Shown here one piece after another: positions 25,675 to 38,187 of a stretch of DNA of 44,274 bases. Each line of letters opens with the position of its first letter. Position 1 is the stretch's first letter. The DNA lies in contig KZ538866.1 of the NCBI GenBank assembly GCA_000934665.2, forward strand, positions 1 through 44,274. The letters are read 5' to 3'. The translations under genes were made by a program, and so were the position numbers. Source of the stretch: Catajapyx aquilonaris. Lineage: Eukaryota. The notes under the pieces are model-generated. The model had not been told where the DNA came from. It saw only the letters and a program-made list of their open reading frames with translations, and searched no databases.

Positions 25675-26862
25675 GGCCTAATAGGGACCCAATAAGCAGG
25701 TCAATTACTGCAGGTAATTTTTCACGGAGTAATCAAGTTTCGCATATCTAAAACAAAAGGTGCCAGATGAGCCGCTTTCCAATAAAAATGTGCAACACAT
25801 ATGTCCAAATCCGTAATATTGTGATACAATAAAAAATTCACCAATTATTCTGCATGTATATGATGTCTCATTTATTTTGCTGCACTAGACATGCCTGTCT
25901 CAATGCTGCAAAATATCAGTTGCACAATTATTTCTTTCACCCAGTTAACTTTATTCCATGATGTTTTCTTTTTTTAATGATACCACCCTAGGCACGAAGT
26001 ACACAAAATATTCGAAGGATATGGAGAAACCGAGAAAATCGAAGTACTTACGGAATTAATACGTAGAAAAGTGCATTAAAGGAGCTCATACGGCAAAAAT
26101 ATTCAAATTCGCTCGTGTTCTTGCCGTGAAGTGCCATGGCCTGGCCGCCAAAACCATTAAAGATGGCGGACCTTTACGGCCTGCCTATACCCTATTTAAC
26201 CCTCGTTGGTGCTGGCCGGCGACTCGCGACCGGATACAGGTGTTGTGGCTTCGGAATATAGCCTTTTGGCTGTATTTTCACCCTGCTAACGTGGAAATTA
26301 GCAGCAGAGGTGATGTTTTCTCAACACTATAGGCCAAGCAGACTTAGTAAATCCAAAAATTTTCAAAATTCAAGAGGGTAAGAAGAGTTACTTTGTTGAA
26401 GTGATGTCTTCATGTTTAGATTGTGTTATCATCAAATATTTCAAAAAATTCCAATACAAAATTTTCAAATGTAATATTATTTTTAAAACTGGGGTTAATG
26501 TGAAACGGCGTAAAATGGAGCGGCGTAAAACGGGTACTTCCCGTATAGGAAATCTTTATTGGCCGTTTCACAACCAGCACGCTATCATAATTTTCATTTG
26601 ATCATTGTGATATTGTTTATGGATCATGATTTCCATGCTCTGGATATGTGATAGGAGACATGGCAAAGCATACAATGAAGATGGTAATAATTTTTCCCTG
26701 GGTCATCAATAAAAAGCGGAAAATCAGACATTCGCTTTTCCTGGTGTTCTGAAATGGGTAGCCTGGTTTTGATAATGACCTACACCTACTTACTTATTGC
26801 AGTATGATTTACTGCGATCTGTACTTACGCACGGGCTCCCAATAAGGCTCCCCATAAGGATA

Positions 26863-27479
26863 CAGGTAGTACCCGTTTTACGCCGGTAATATTGGTTCCC
26901 GCAAAACGCGGCATAAAATGAAAAGGGGTAAAACGACACAAAATTATAATGGAAGTAAATGAGATAGGTTCCAAGATTTCTAAAAATTTCCCTGATACAG
27001 TGTTTAAATTGCAGTTTTTAATTCCGACTATATCAAACATTTATAATGCACGTTTAATGGAAGGTTCCAGGTGAAGGGTCATCTGGTTCTGAGGCCTCTT
27101 TTCCATTCTTTTGGCAAGAACTGCAGTAGACGTATGCCTGGTTGCACCAACAAAATTACCGGCCCCATAGCTATCGGACCGGTAATTTTGTTGGTGAAAC
27201 CAGGCAGTAGGGTATTTAACAGACTTCGGAGGTTCCGATGAGACCAACAATAAGGTACTGTATTTATCGATAGAACCCGCCACAAGACAAGAAATAGCAT
27301 TATTTTATGGTCGTGCGTTTGGACTCAAAAGTGTTGAAGTGTTGTGCTTATGCTCAGATTGTGTTGTTATCGTCATATTTTTCACAATTCTTCAATTTAA
27401 AAATTTTATGATGCCATTTTCAAACCGGCGTTAACGTAAAACGGCATAAGATGGAGATGTGTAAAACGGGTACCTACTG
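26863..27479. mobile_element. Tigger-like MITE
   Basis: TA|CAGGTAGTACCCGTTTTACGCC ... GTAAAACGGGTACCTACTG imperfect TIRs. An orphan second right end (gcggcgtaaaacgggtacttcccgta) lies at ~26495-26545. Confidence 0.6.
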
Positions 27480-27659
27480 TTTCATAATTAGACGGTGTGA
27501 TGCAATAATGCGTCAACCCACATGAGACCAGTTTTGAGAAAAGGGGCTTTGAAGGTCATACCTGTGAAATTAATTCAGTGTTCTTTTCGGTCATTTATGG
27601 CAGAAGTATGCTGATTTCACCTGCGTGATTTTAACTGAATTATGTAGGATCCTTTAGGT

Positions 27660-27860
27660 CAGCGGTTCTTAGCCTGGGGTTCCCGCACCTCCAGGGGGTG
27701 CGAGGTGGCTTCCCTGGGGGTGCGAGCAAGGTGCACCTCTGGACTTAATCTAACCAAGAGCTAATAACTGGTCTAACTATGAACGTAGCCTAATCAATCA
27801 CCCCTGGTATAGGGGGTGCGACAAGGACCAATATATTGTCTACAACGGGGTGCGGAGGTA
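27660..27860 (+). mobile_element. hAT-like MITE fragment (5' end)
   Basis: CAGCGGTTCTTAGCCTGGGGTTCCCGCACC...GGGGGTGCG repeats resemble Charlie-type hAT ends. Right end not found. Confidence 0.4.
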
Positions 27861-28196
27861 TATGTTCCTGGGCTTGGCTCAATTTTGACATTTTTGTGGG
27901 TTGACAAATTATTGCATAACACCGTCCATGCACAACATTCATGAGTTAACTTTTCGGTGGGGACTACTTACTCGTAGGAATAAATGCACCATTCATCAAT
28001 CGCTACTTACATACGAACTGCAGTGAGACCAAACTTATCACAGCTGCAGCAATTCAAGTGTCAATTATTCCAAAAAACACCAGAAGATGCTTCGATTCAG
28101 AATGTTATCACCTACCCGTAGTATTACACTCGTATCATAATTAATAAGCATACCGGGGCTGACAAAGGTCACTATTTTTACAATTGGAGGTATGAA

Positions 28197-28269
28197 GGTT
28201 CCGTGGTGTAGTGGTTATCACGTCCGCTTTACACGCGGAAGGTCCTTGGTTCGAACCCGAGCGGAATCA
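28197..28269 (+). tRNA. tRNA-Val (TAC)
   Basis: GGTTCCG acceptor stem pairs with CGGAATC; D arm TGGTGTAGTGGTTATCAC; anticodon stem TCCGC/GCGGA with loop TT-TAC-AC; T loop TTCGAAC; oligo-T terminator follows. Confidence 0.95.
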
Positions 28270-28580
28270 AGTTTTTAGTTTTTGTGTTCTAATTTTCACT
28301 TTTTCCGACTTGCTTTTGCAAACCTCAATATGGCATTTTTCCTTACCTGTAGTGTACGTATTACTATGAAAGATAAACTCATATGCTGCAATTACTATTT
28401 AACAACAACAACAATATGGGGTGGGACCTGGTGGGACCCTGCCTCATATTATAGGTCTTTCATGCAGATCTTTCACTGCAGGTACTGAAAAATTTATGAG
28501 TCTCACAAAATCAAGTCATAATAAGGGGAAATTAATCTCTACGTCGATTTTAACAAATTACAGCATAAAAAGTAAAAATG

Positions 28581-28653
28581 TGATTCCGCTCGGGATCGAA
28601 CCAAGGACCTTCCGCGTGTAAAGCGGATGTGATAACCACTACACCACGGAACC
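28581..28653 (-). tRNA. tRNA-Val (TAC), inverted paralogue
   Basis: Reverse-complement copy differing at 2 nt (D/anticodon junction G>A; T loop TTCGATC). Minus-strand T-run terminator at ~28566-28578. Confidence 0.95.
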
Positions 28654-29649
28654 TTCATACCTATACTGTTTATAAATAGCAACCTAGTGCCCGCCCCAGT
28701 GTGCTCATTACCGTAACTATGATACGAGTGTAATCAAGTGTAATACTACAGGTAGATAATACCAAATTTTAATCGAAGCATCTTCTGGCGAGTTTTCGAA
28801 GACTTGACACGTCAAGTTCTGAAGCCGCGTGATCAGTTTTGGTTCACTGCAGTTCTAAATAGTGATTTTGATGTCCGTATTAAGGTGTTATATACAGAAT
28901 GGTGCATTTCATCAGTTCCCAGGATGGAGAAGCTGTTGTTCCCACTGTTCAGGCAAACTGTCTTTTCGTTCCGACCTTTATTGCTTCCACTCTTCCCCAC
29001 CACTTGTCCCTGCCACAGCAACACCAACCAAATAAATTCGAATGGTTTTGGTTGAGGTGTATAAAAAAAAGGTCAAGTTCCTAGGCCTTTTCACTGCAGT
29101 AGGTTACTGCTCATATGAAACTCAAATCAAGATGAAATTGTCTTCCATTTGGACCATGTGATTTGGACTAAGAACTTCGGCATGTTCCTTGACAGTAGGC
29201 TATAACCATTTTACCTCCTATTCGACGCACCCGAGCTTTCATTGGTTGCTCATCCTTGAAATGAAGATAAGGTACCAGGGAAGCATTCACCCATGCATTC
29301 ACCAGTCCTCGCGACTACTTTTGGCTAGTAACTTCGTTTGAGTCGTAACCGGTCGTAACCATACTTTCGTTTGGAGCATGGTTTGGAGGTTCTTAGAATC
29401 GTTGAACTATCCATTGCTGTTGTACTTAACGTATTTGTGCTCAGCCTACGAGAAGTTTGTCCGAAGATTTAGCTACTATAGTGACTGGTTCTTCGTGATT
29501 GTTGTTGTTCCCATGTTGACGTGGACCTCATTTGAACTTGGAGTCGAACTGGATTGTGTGATGAGTATCACCCCCTTTGATTCGTATTTGCCAATGTTGA
29601 TTACCTGGTATTATTATTGCACTATTTCGCCGAGATTGATGACATGATT

Positions 29650-30130
29650 TTTAATGCTCAATGCATTGCTTTTGGGTTAAATAAGTCATTAGTATATAGG
29701 CTACCCAAATGTTGATTATCTTGTTCAGGTTATTTTTGGATGATCCTGATTATTCCTTGGATTGATTATTGATCATCGTTTTTTCCTGTGTTTATTGCAC
29801 AAACTTGGTAATTTTGCTACATACCGGTATACCTTGGTGCCTTTTCCCCCGTAACTCATTATTTTGGGCATTAGTATGTTGTACTCATTCCTGCATATTG
29901 CAGATTTGCAAGTTAATATTGTCGTGCTTTCGAGTTGGATTACCTTGGTGCCTTGACCTTGTCTATTGCCATTTCCTGTTATCTCCTTGCTGGACTTTAT
30001 ATTTACCTGCATCAACCTCGTCAGCCTGATCACCAGCACCATTTTCTTCATTGCATTTATTATTTTTGGAGGGATGTCAAACCTCTCTATTATTTGAATG
30101 AGATCATTGTTATTAATTTGATATGAGCTC
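29650..30130 (-). mobile_element. Highly degraded non-LTR retrotransposon RT remnant
   Basis: Translations LIQIIERFDIPPKIINAMKKM...GNRQG and KNNLNKIINIW resemble RT segments of R4/Dong-like LINEs. Heavily disrupted. Confidence 0.35.
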
Positions 30131-31776
30131 ATTATACATACTCTCAAGTATGAACAAATAAAATTAAGATATAAGCCAACTTGGCATAACTACTATTTCT
30201 TCCGCTGCAACTATCTCCTATGCTCGTTTTGGCACTTAACTTTGGTGCATCTTTTCTCGTGTTACGAAGATTCAGGGAATTGTGAAAGTTATATTGAGAA
30301 CTCTTCAAGTCTGAATTTGGTGTAAAATAGCTATTGTTGTTTTGAATAAAAAAGTAATACAGTAATTATTACAAGTATATCTGAGCGTTTATATTCTCAT
30401 TCGCAATAAGATCGACATTTTATGAGATTCCCGATATCGATCATTTAACGGTAATTGCTATCAGCATGTGCATCGATATCCCAATAAAAATAATAGCTAC
30501 TCAAATATACAGTATGAGCAGGACTATACTGCAGGCCTCTGAGGAGTAACATTATCGGTTCTGTTTAGAGACAGACATCATTGAATATCAAAATACAGAA
30601 ATATTTTATTGCAAAAAAGAAACCTATACGTGTCATAGACAATATTAGTTAATATGCCTTTCACTTTTTTGCACTTTTTCACAATAGCACTGCCCAAGGC
30701 AACAGCAGTTGCTGAAAATTAAACATACACATGCGACTAGACAGGCTATTACATATACGGTAAGTAATTGTTGAAATGACAAAAAGCAAAAATTATAACT
30801 ATCAAAATACATTTCAACTGATAATATTGTGCGGAACAATATATGTCTCATAATCATACGTATAGCTACAGAACAATAATTCCGGGAAGTCCACAAGAAT
30901 ACTAGTATATACTGTGCAATATAGTGATACTCAAGCTAGCATTGCACTCTGTTCGTACAATTGAATTCATTCAGGATTCAGATGTGGTCAAGGTCAACAT
31001 ACTAATTACTCCTGCTGGAGATGTGACATTAAAAACGAAATGTTCAAAATCTTTAATACAGTACAATGCAATTCACATTTTATGTATTGACTTGAAGTGA
31101 GAAATTATCAAGGAATTGCCACTTCATATAACGTAAACGGTGACCAATGTTGCAGGCTTGTAGACAGATTATTAAGCATAGGCCTACCCATCCTAATTTT
31201 TTGCACTGAGGACCTTTAGCTGCCTTGTGACTGCAGAATATATTTATTTTCAAGATCGAAATCAGAGCGCCCAATACAGAGTTGAGGCTGGGTATGTTCA
31301 CATAATGTCCCATCTCCCATACACGAGAAGGAGTGGTAATGCATTTATGTATCCAAATAAAGACCTGAATTACAGTGTATAATAATAAGAAACAACAGTT
31401 ACAATCGGTAGTTCTCAAATTCCGGTGATCTCCATATTACTGTAAGCCATTATATCCTCCATTTGGTGATAAGGTAATTCATGACCAGTGAGTAAATATT
31501 GCGACTTTAAGTTTATTGTAAATTAAACATTGGGAGCTTCAGGACTTTCAGAGTCTACCATTACTATCAATATCGGATGGAAGTCCTGGTGACATCGAAA
31601 GTTACGACGTACTGTACGTGGTATTATGAAATGTTTTTAATTAATTAATTTATTTATTTTCCTACCCCGGACTCTCGCTTGGGGGTGGTATCATGAGATG
31701 TATAATGAATAGTCAACAACAAAATAGGTTTATATGGATATACCAAGTTAAGTCCATTACCATATACAGTATCTTT

Positions 31777-34700
31777 CTAATACAGGAACGTATTAAAGGG
31801 ATAGTAGTATGGCGTGTGGGCATGAACAGAGTAAGTCAGGACTGGCACTTCTTGCTCCGTTTCCTTCAGCTCTATCTTCTTAGTGTCAGCAGGGGTATCG
31901 GCTTCCACTGGCTGGTAAGTCCGCACCTGTTAATTCAGCATAACTTATGTAATTTGACCATCATTATCACTTATGTACCGTAGTAATTATATCGGTGATC
32001 GACCAGATCGCGTATTACACCGGTATAATATTGATACTACAAGATCTTTATCAATACCTTGATCTTAGTTGTTGCAACTGCAGGCACAACAGCCAGAGTG
32101 TCCCTCTTCTTCCTGAAGAATACCGGATGAGTGACGTAGGGATATCCCAGGTAGCTGTAGGTCAAAGGTACACTATGCTCATGCTCGGTCACCTCCAACT
32201 TTTTGGTGTCGGCTGGAGTGGCAGCGTCCACAGTCTTATATTCCTGAACCTAAGGAAATAATAATGCATTAGTATGTTCTCGACTATTATACAAATAATT
32301 GGGCTTATTCAGATAATTGGGTCGAACTGGTTTTCGCCCATCATCCGACTGGTTTAGATTAGCGTAATAAATACTGACATGTAATGGAAACATCACGCTA
32401 TGTCAGTGGCAAACACTGCGGTAACACAGCACATAACACTGCATGTCAGATGTGCGTGCGCAAGAAAAACATGACCATATACGGTACCTTGATAGTTGTT
32501 CCGACAAGAGGATGATGGACAACCCCCCTCTTCTTACGGGCCGGGGCATTGCTGGCAGCCGCCTTTGCTTCGTCAAACACACGCTGGAATTGGGCTTTGG
32601 CAGCACTCACCTGGATTAAGGGACAGTGACCTGAACTGACACGGAACCTAAGATGGGGATGAGGCGCCCAAGCACGTGCTTCCATCCACATGCCCAGACA
32701 GAATAGGAGCCCGTTACATGCCCCATAAAAACCACTTTTTTCCTCATTCCCTTTTTCCTCTCAAGTAGCTGCTGTTCTGCCCCACTGAAACGGTGCTTGC
32801 TGACTATTAGCATATATGGCCTGCATCTTGTCCCAGATTCAGTTGAGAAGGAACGAAAGAGAAAGAGAAAGAAAAAAAAGAAGTAGGGGTATGGGAAAGT
32901 GGGCTGAGCGAATCCTTGTGGTGTTATACGCATTTTTATGGATAGAACTAGGTTGCTGGTTGTTGTAGCTCACAGGTAAGGGTCAGAGGAAAGGGAATGT
33001 TTAAGGTTGTGTTGAAGATTCATGCAAAGAGTGACGTAGTTTTCCGCTTCGTTGGTCATTATCGAAAGAAACGAATGAGTTAATTGTGTCATTGGAAACA
33101 AAGGTTGTCTTGTTGTTAAGGTAATTATAATGTTAAAAATGTCAAAAACTGGATGGAGTAGTCGTGTGTACAGTCTGACCTGTTCTACTGATCTACTTTA
33201 TTTTCTCTGCACAAGTAAAGCAATTTTGCCGAAATTATGAGTTATGACATCAATCATTCTCAATATTTTTAAAAAGAACTAGTTCCGACCAGACAGGTTT
33301 AAATAAACGGGGTATTAAACTCATTTCATTTTAAGCACAATTTATTATAAAATTACGTTACTGGCAAGTCAGAAATTGAACAAAAATATTGTGTTGTGAG
33401 AGATCTATGAGCTGTATGACTTCAAAGAAGCAATAATTTTGCCAGTAACCGTTTGCACTTTTTCACCTTTTTCCAAAAGTACACTTTAAAAAGTTTCAAA
33501 ATGACAAATATGACTCCCTCCAATCCACCACCTTGCTCTTCAACTTCAGCTTCAAACCAGGACGTGCTATAAGCAGAGATTTCTGTCCGACCTTTGAGCA
33601 GAGCAAACCCCGCGGATGGACGATGGTGACCACCCATATAATCCAGATTTGGAATACCCCCACTTGTACGCTTTTTTTTCTTGTTAGATTCCGATGATCC
33701 AGATTTATTTTTGCTTTTGGTTTTGGAATTTGAATTTGAATTTGAATTTAATTTGAAATCAATTGAACCTGTCCGAGCTTTGCTGTCTGAATTATTTTCG
33801 GATAGTGTTTGAACTGCTGGTTTCAGCAAAGTGTTAATTTCGTCACTGTAAGCTTCCAAGAGGGTCGAGTTGAGAATCATATTCCTGAGGAAATTTGGTA
33901 TCTTCGTTACCATGTTAGAAAACTGTTGGAATCTAGATATCGCTTTTTTCAGAGTGAAAAGTTCCTCAAATTTTTCCTGCTCGGACGAACTAAGAACTTC
34001 CAAATCATCTTCGTCCACTTCGTCCATGTCGTCTAATAGCCTGTCAACTTCCTTCGATGAATAATTTTTGTCCTTGTCGAAATTACTGACCAGTTTTCCG
34101 AAATCTACTCCTGCTTTTTTAAGCAAGTTCACATGCTTCGACTCCAGTACTTCCCCTTCGTAATCACCGTCTTCGTCACCGTCACCGCCTCCTTCGTCAT
34201 CGTATTCGTCGTCAAAGTCAAACATGTCATAAAACTTGTCATTTTTCTTAGACGTTGAGTAAAATCGGATTGGCTTCATTTGCGTCCAGTTCTCTCCGGA
34301 GTCTTCGTCACTGTCAGAGTCACCGTCACCCCACCACAAGTCCTTTCCTAAAGCCTGACGGTCACGTTTTGAACGCCTCAAGGCAATCTGATGAGTAAGC
34401 GGGTAAAATCTTTTACTACCCCATTTTTTTCAGAATGTTTAGTTATGTACTGCTTATTCTCTAGGTTAGGTCATAAATAATGGCAAGTGACAAAAAAATG
34501 AACAGTTTCTTCCCCAACCCCATCCGTACCTTTTCATTCATCAAAGTTTCAGTATATTTATAAACGTGGTCAAACGTCTCAAAGTTTTTATATGGGCTAC
34601 ACATTATGGCTTACCTCTGGGGTGTCATTGACTGGTTCTGGCCCTTTCAGGTCAGCTGTTGGAGCTTCTGGAAGGTTATTTGCGCCGGTAACTCGAAATC

Positions 34701-36276
34701 CACCTGAGTCGGCTACATAGTTGACCTGAGAAATAAAGAGAAGAAAAAGAACGACAAATTTGGATTCGGACCGTGAAGTGACTCCTGGCGAGAGAAAACT
34801 CATAAACCCATGTAGGCCTCTACTGGGATTCGAACCCAGGTCCGTGCTCACGAGGAGCACGTGTTCTGCCCCTAAACTATAGAGGCTTTTAGGTCGAGTT
34901 TTCCACTTAAGCAAATGCGGTGGTCATTTGATTTTACAAGATAAAATAATTACTTTTGTTCAGGGTACAAACAAAGGTGGCTAATGTGGAGAATGAGGCA
35001 TTACTGGTTGAGTAGTTGTAACCTTGCTCCAACTGTTATTTTAAAATTATTTGCTTCCAAAATATATTTTCTGCTATTTCTCTTTTGTTTCCATCAGTCT
35101 TCACATACGCAAAATTTAACCCGCAATTACCGTTGGCAATAACGTTATCATTCAGCAGCCAAAGCCCAGTTTAATCAAGCAAAAGTAAATCTTTATGACA
35201 AGTGTATCTATGTTTTGGCAAGTAATTGCTACAAACAAGTAACAAGGAAAAACCCACGGTATATCATTAACATTCAGTAATGAAATTAATACTAAATTAT
35301 AACACATTTAAATACCAATAATTTATTGTTATTAGCAGCCAACTTATGCTACCATATGCATACAACAGAGCAAACCTTTCCACGGCCTAGGTGCTATTGT
35401 GCATTTTCACTCCCTTTGACACCCACTCCTGTCCTCATTAGCATACTGATAGAGATTTAAAACGTGCAAACTAGAACTTCCTTACGAGCTCCCAATAACA
35501 GGCTAGTAGGCTAATGGCAAGGTCGAAAGGGAAGAGGCAGCAATTAAGGGAAAGATTTAGGTTCAGTGAAGACATCAAATTCAAGAATTTGAAGGCCAAG
35601 TCTTACTTGAACAACTTTGTGGTTGGGATCCACATAACTGTAGGATCCAGCCACGCCTCCACCTAGTCCTTTGGTTTCCACTCTGGCCAGTCCAGGGCTG
35701 GCATGCCCAAAACTGTAGTGACCCAACGAATCCTGGGAGTGATACTGGCTGGCCACAGGTCCATATGGCACAAACGTGTAAGGGTAGGCAAAATGCACAG
35801 CCGAGGTCAACCCTAGCGCCAGGGTCAACAACACGAACTAGGGGGGAAAATGGTGATGAAAAATCGGACACTGGAGATATAGGGGTAGGCTATATAAATG
35901 CCAATTCACCGTTTGAAAATTGGGAGGCGGCATTTGGCCCCCCCACAGAGAAACCGATTCTTGCGCACAAACACGAACACTCGTTTACAACTGCATAATG
36001 GGCACTGGATTCCTAGGCATAAGGTTTCCACCATCCACTCCTTCTCAGACTGTGACCCATTCTGTCCTTCTTGGAAACATCGTGTCCTGTATTCCTCATT
36101 CGCCACTTTTACATACTCCCCTCCTCCCCAACTTCCCCAAACGTAGTGGAGGAGAAGAGAAAAAAACGAAAAGAAAAACGAGGCACAAGGGCGCACTCTG
36201 ATGGGTGGCACTACTCGTCTTTGGAATATCTGAGAGTGTATGGAGGTAGAAATCGGTCACTGACCTCAAATTTCAT
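31777..36276 (-). CDS. R&R (Chitin_bind_4) cuticular protein with 18-aa motif and two RKKR-delimited repeat modules (272 aa, 6 exons)
   Basis: All phase-0 GT-AG exons: 36276-36265 (MKFE), 35837-35607, 34725-34615, 32610-32488, 32249-32058, 31926-31777. Signal MKFEFVLLTLALGLTSA. R&R SQYHSQDSLGHYSFG...GSYSYVDPNHKVVQ|VNYVADSGGFRV. 18-aa motif PVNDTPE|VSAAKAQFQRVF. Two RKKR sites and two xAxTPADTKK modules. Confidence 0.88.
33422..34387 (-). CDS. Acidic 321-codon exon within intron 3 of the cuticle gene (alternative terminal exon or nested gene)
   Basis: Acceptor ttactcatcag|ATT at 34388. In-frame stop at 34430-34432 with no ATG between it and the acceptor. RSKR site, D/E-rich block, basic/hydrophobic tail. 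AATAAA at 33346-33341 on the minus strand. Confidence 0.65.
   Translation of the reverse strand: MALRRSKRDRQALGKDLWWGDGDSDSDEDSGENWTQMKPIRFYSTSKKNDKFYDMFDFDDEYDDEGGGDGDEDGDYEGEVLESKHVNLLKKAGVDFGKLVSNFDKDKNYSSKEVDRLLDDMDEVDEDDLEVLSSSEQEKFEELFTLKKAISRFQQFSNMVTKIPNFLRNMILNSTLLEAYSDEINTLLKPAVQTLSENNSDSKARTGSIDFKLNSNSNSNSKTKSKNKSGSSESNKKKKRTSGGIPNLDYMGGHHRPSAGFALLKGRTEISAYSTSWFEAEVEEQGGGLEGVIFVILKLFKVYFWKKVKKCKRLLAKLLLL
34790..34885 (-). repeat. tRNA-like SINE head fragment
   Basis: Minus strand ...ggacctgggttcgaatcccagtagaggc (B box). A similar ggacctgggttcgattcccagcagaggc lies on the plus strand at ~10930-10958. Confidence 0.45.
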
Positions 36277-37354
36277 GCAACGATGAGAATGAGTGGTGTT
36301 CGACATTTACATAACAAGTAGGGTCAAACCGATAACTACCGTGGATGCCGCATTACGTGCTAACGGGATTTCCCTCAATGTTTTCAAAGAGCGTCAATTA
36401 TTTATAACAACTTATTCTAAGCAGTTATTCATTGCAGTCCGATTAACATTCATTCATTCATTTCACTCACGGCATATTCCCACCAGCGATGACCAGGTAC
36501 AATCCACCTGGCCATCTCGTACGATCAGTATAATGAATCCTCTGGTGACTGGTCAGGCCACGCAAAGGATAGTTCGATTAACAACTAATGTAATTATTCC
36601 TCGAAAGTTGTCAACTAGGCCTAAAGTAAGGAAAGAAACTTACAAGAGCTTTCATGGTTGCTTCGTGAGCTGCCAAAATGCTACTATCAATAACACAGAG
36701 GTGATGGTCTCTTTATATGAGGCTGCAGGCTATATCCAACAGTATAGAGATGAATGCGGTGGCAGCAGCCACGCCTGCGAAGCGTCAACAAAACCATCAA
36801 AAAAGTGACCCCACCCTACCTTCCTTGTTGTCCTTCAAGCAAGGAGCTCTCCTGATCATCCTCTTTTGGTGGTGTTTATAGGAAGAGGTTTTCCGCATAT
36901 GTAGCCGGCCTATCTTCAGTTTCGTCAGTTACCTGCCTGTTGACCTCAAAGCAAAAATTGCCTTCAGGGGTAACATGCCACGCAGTATGACAAATGGCTA
37001 CTACTTTTTTGATGGGACAATTTGCCAAAATGATAATTAATATTTCAGAGAAACTGCACACTGACCCAGTCAGGTTTATTATGTAGGCTTCTTGTAGCAA
37101 GTTTCATTTACTGGAAAATTCAAAGGAACGTCATAATTTAGTGTAGCATATGAAAATATGCAAAATTTCCGTATGCATTATTCACCTATATTAGTCACAC
37201 ATTATGGTAATTGATGATATCACGTCTACGTAAGACGAAATTGTTATTAAAATAATTTATGGTCGGATGCAATGGATATTCAATAAATAATTAAGTTCCC
37301 CTGGTCTGGTTAAGAGACAATAATTAATTATCAGATCATTACACCATACAAGTA

Positions 37355-38050
37355 CGAGGGCTGTAAATTAAATAGTGGTAACTATTTAATTACTTGGGAG
37401 TTGGGACTGGAAATGCATGGCAGCTTCAATGTAGTCACCAGCATTGTGGAACACATTAGCGATGTGGAAGTCGAAGGATGCCATTGCCCAGCGCTAGTTT
37501 GGTTGATGTTTCGTATATAGAACGGTCTAAAGCGCGAAAGGTCTGGGATAGTCATACCCAGACGTTTCTTGAGAATGTTCAGGATAGTCATACTCGACAA
37601 GCCTGTCCCACTGGCTAACTCACGAACTGTCTACCTCCGATCGTTCTCCATCAATGTGGAAAGAGCAGCCACTTGTTCCTCGTCACTTGCATTTGGATGG
37701 GGATCATATGTCACGTTTTGCCTTCCCTGACGGAAAGCATTTCCCCACCTTCCAACCGTCCTATATGGCAATGCATGTTCCCCACAAACTTGTAAAAGCC
37801 CTTCATGACACATTTTCCATTTTTAACCAGGACCTTTGCTCAAATTGGGAAAACATCACCTTTAGACCGGTTGATTGCAACAGCTCACGTTATACTTTTT
37901 ACTGCCCATGCGCATACTGAGGTGGGACGATCCCATGTCCTGAGGTTAGATCATCAAGACCTAACCTGCCTGTGGCATAAGCGGTGTAAACTTCCTATAT
38001 TTCACTGATTTTCTAGAGATGTGTTGCCACTATTTCATTTACAGCCCTCG
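37355..38050 (-). mobile_element. Internally deleted mariner (Tc1/mariner) element
   Basis: TIRs TA|CGAGGGCTGTAAATTAAATAGTGG and CCACTATTTCATTTACAGCCCTCG|TA. Degenerate transposase N-terminus on the minus strand: EQRSWLK, CGEHALPYRTVGRW..AFRQGR, DRR*TVRELA...ILKKRLGM. DDD domain deleted. Confidence 0.85.
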
Positions 38051-38187
38051 TATACGGTAACAACATCCTCCCTCTGCATTTCGTCATCAGTCGTCTGTTA
38101 TTTAGCATTGTCTCACCAGAACATAAACATGTGGTATAATTATCTAACATTCACAAGCGAAAAGTGCGCTTTTTTCGTGGAGGAAAT

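Noticed and set aside
35888..35898. TATA-like sequence as promoter of the cuticle gene
   Set aside because: It lies in intron 1: there is an acceptor at 35838 and a better ATG exon at 36276-36265.
38075..38095. CTGATGA-CGAAA on the minus strand as a hammerhead ribozyme core
   Set aside because: No stem II and no supporting flanking stems.
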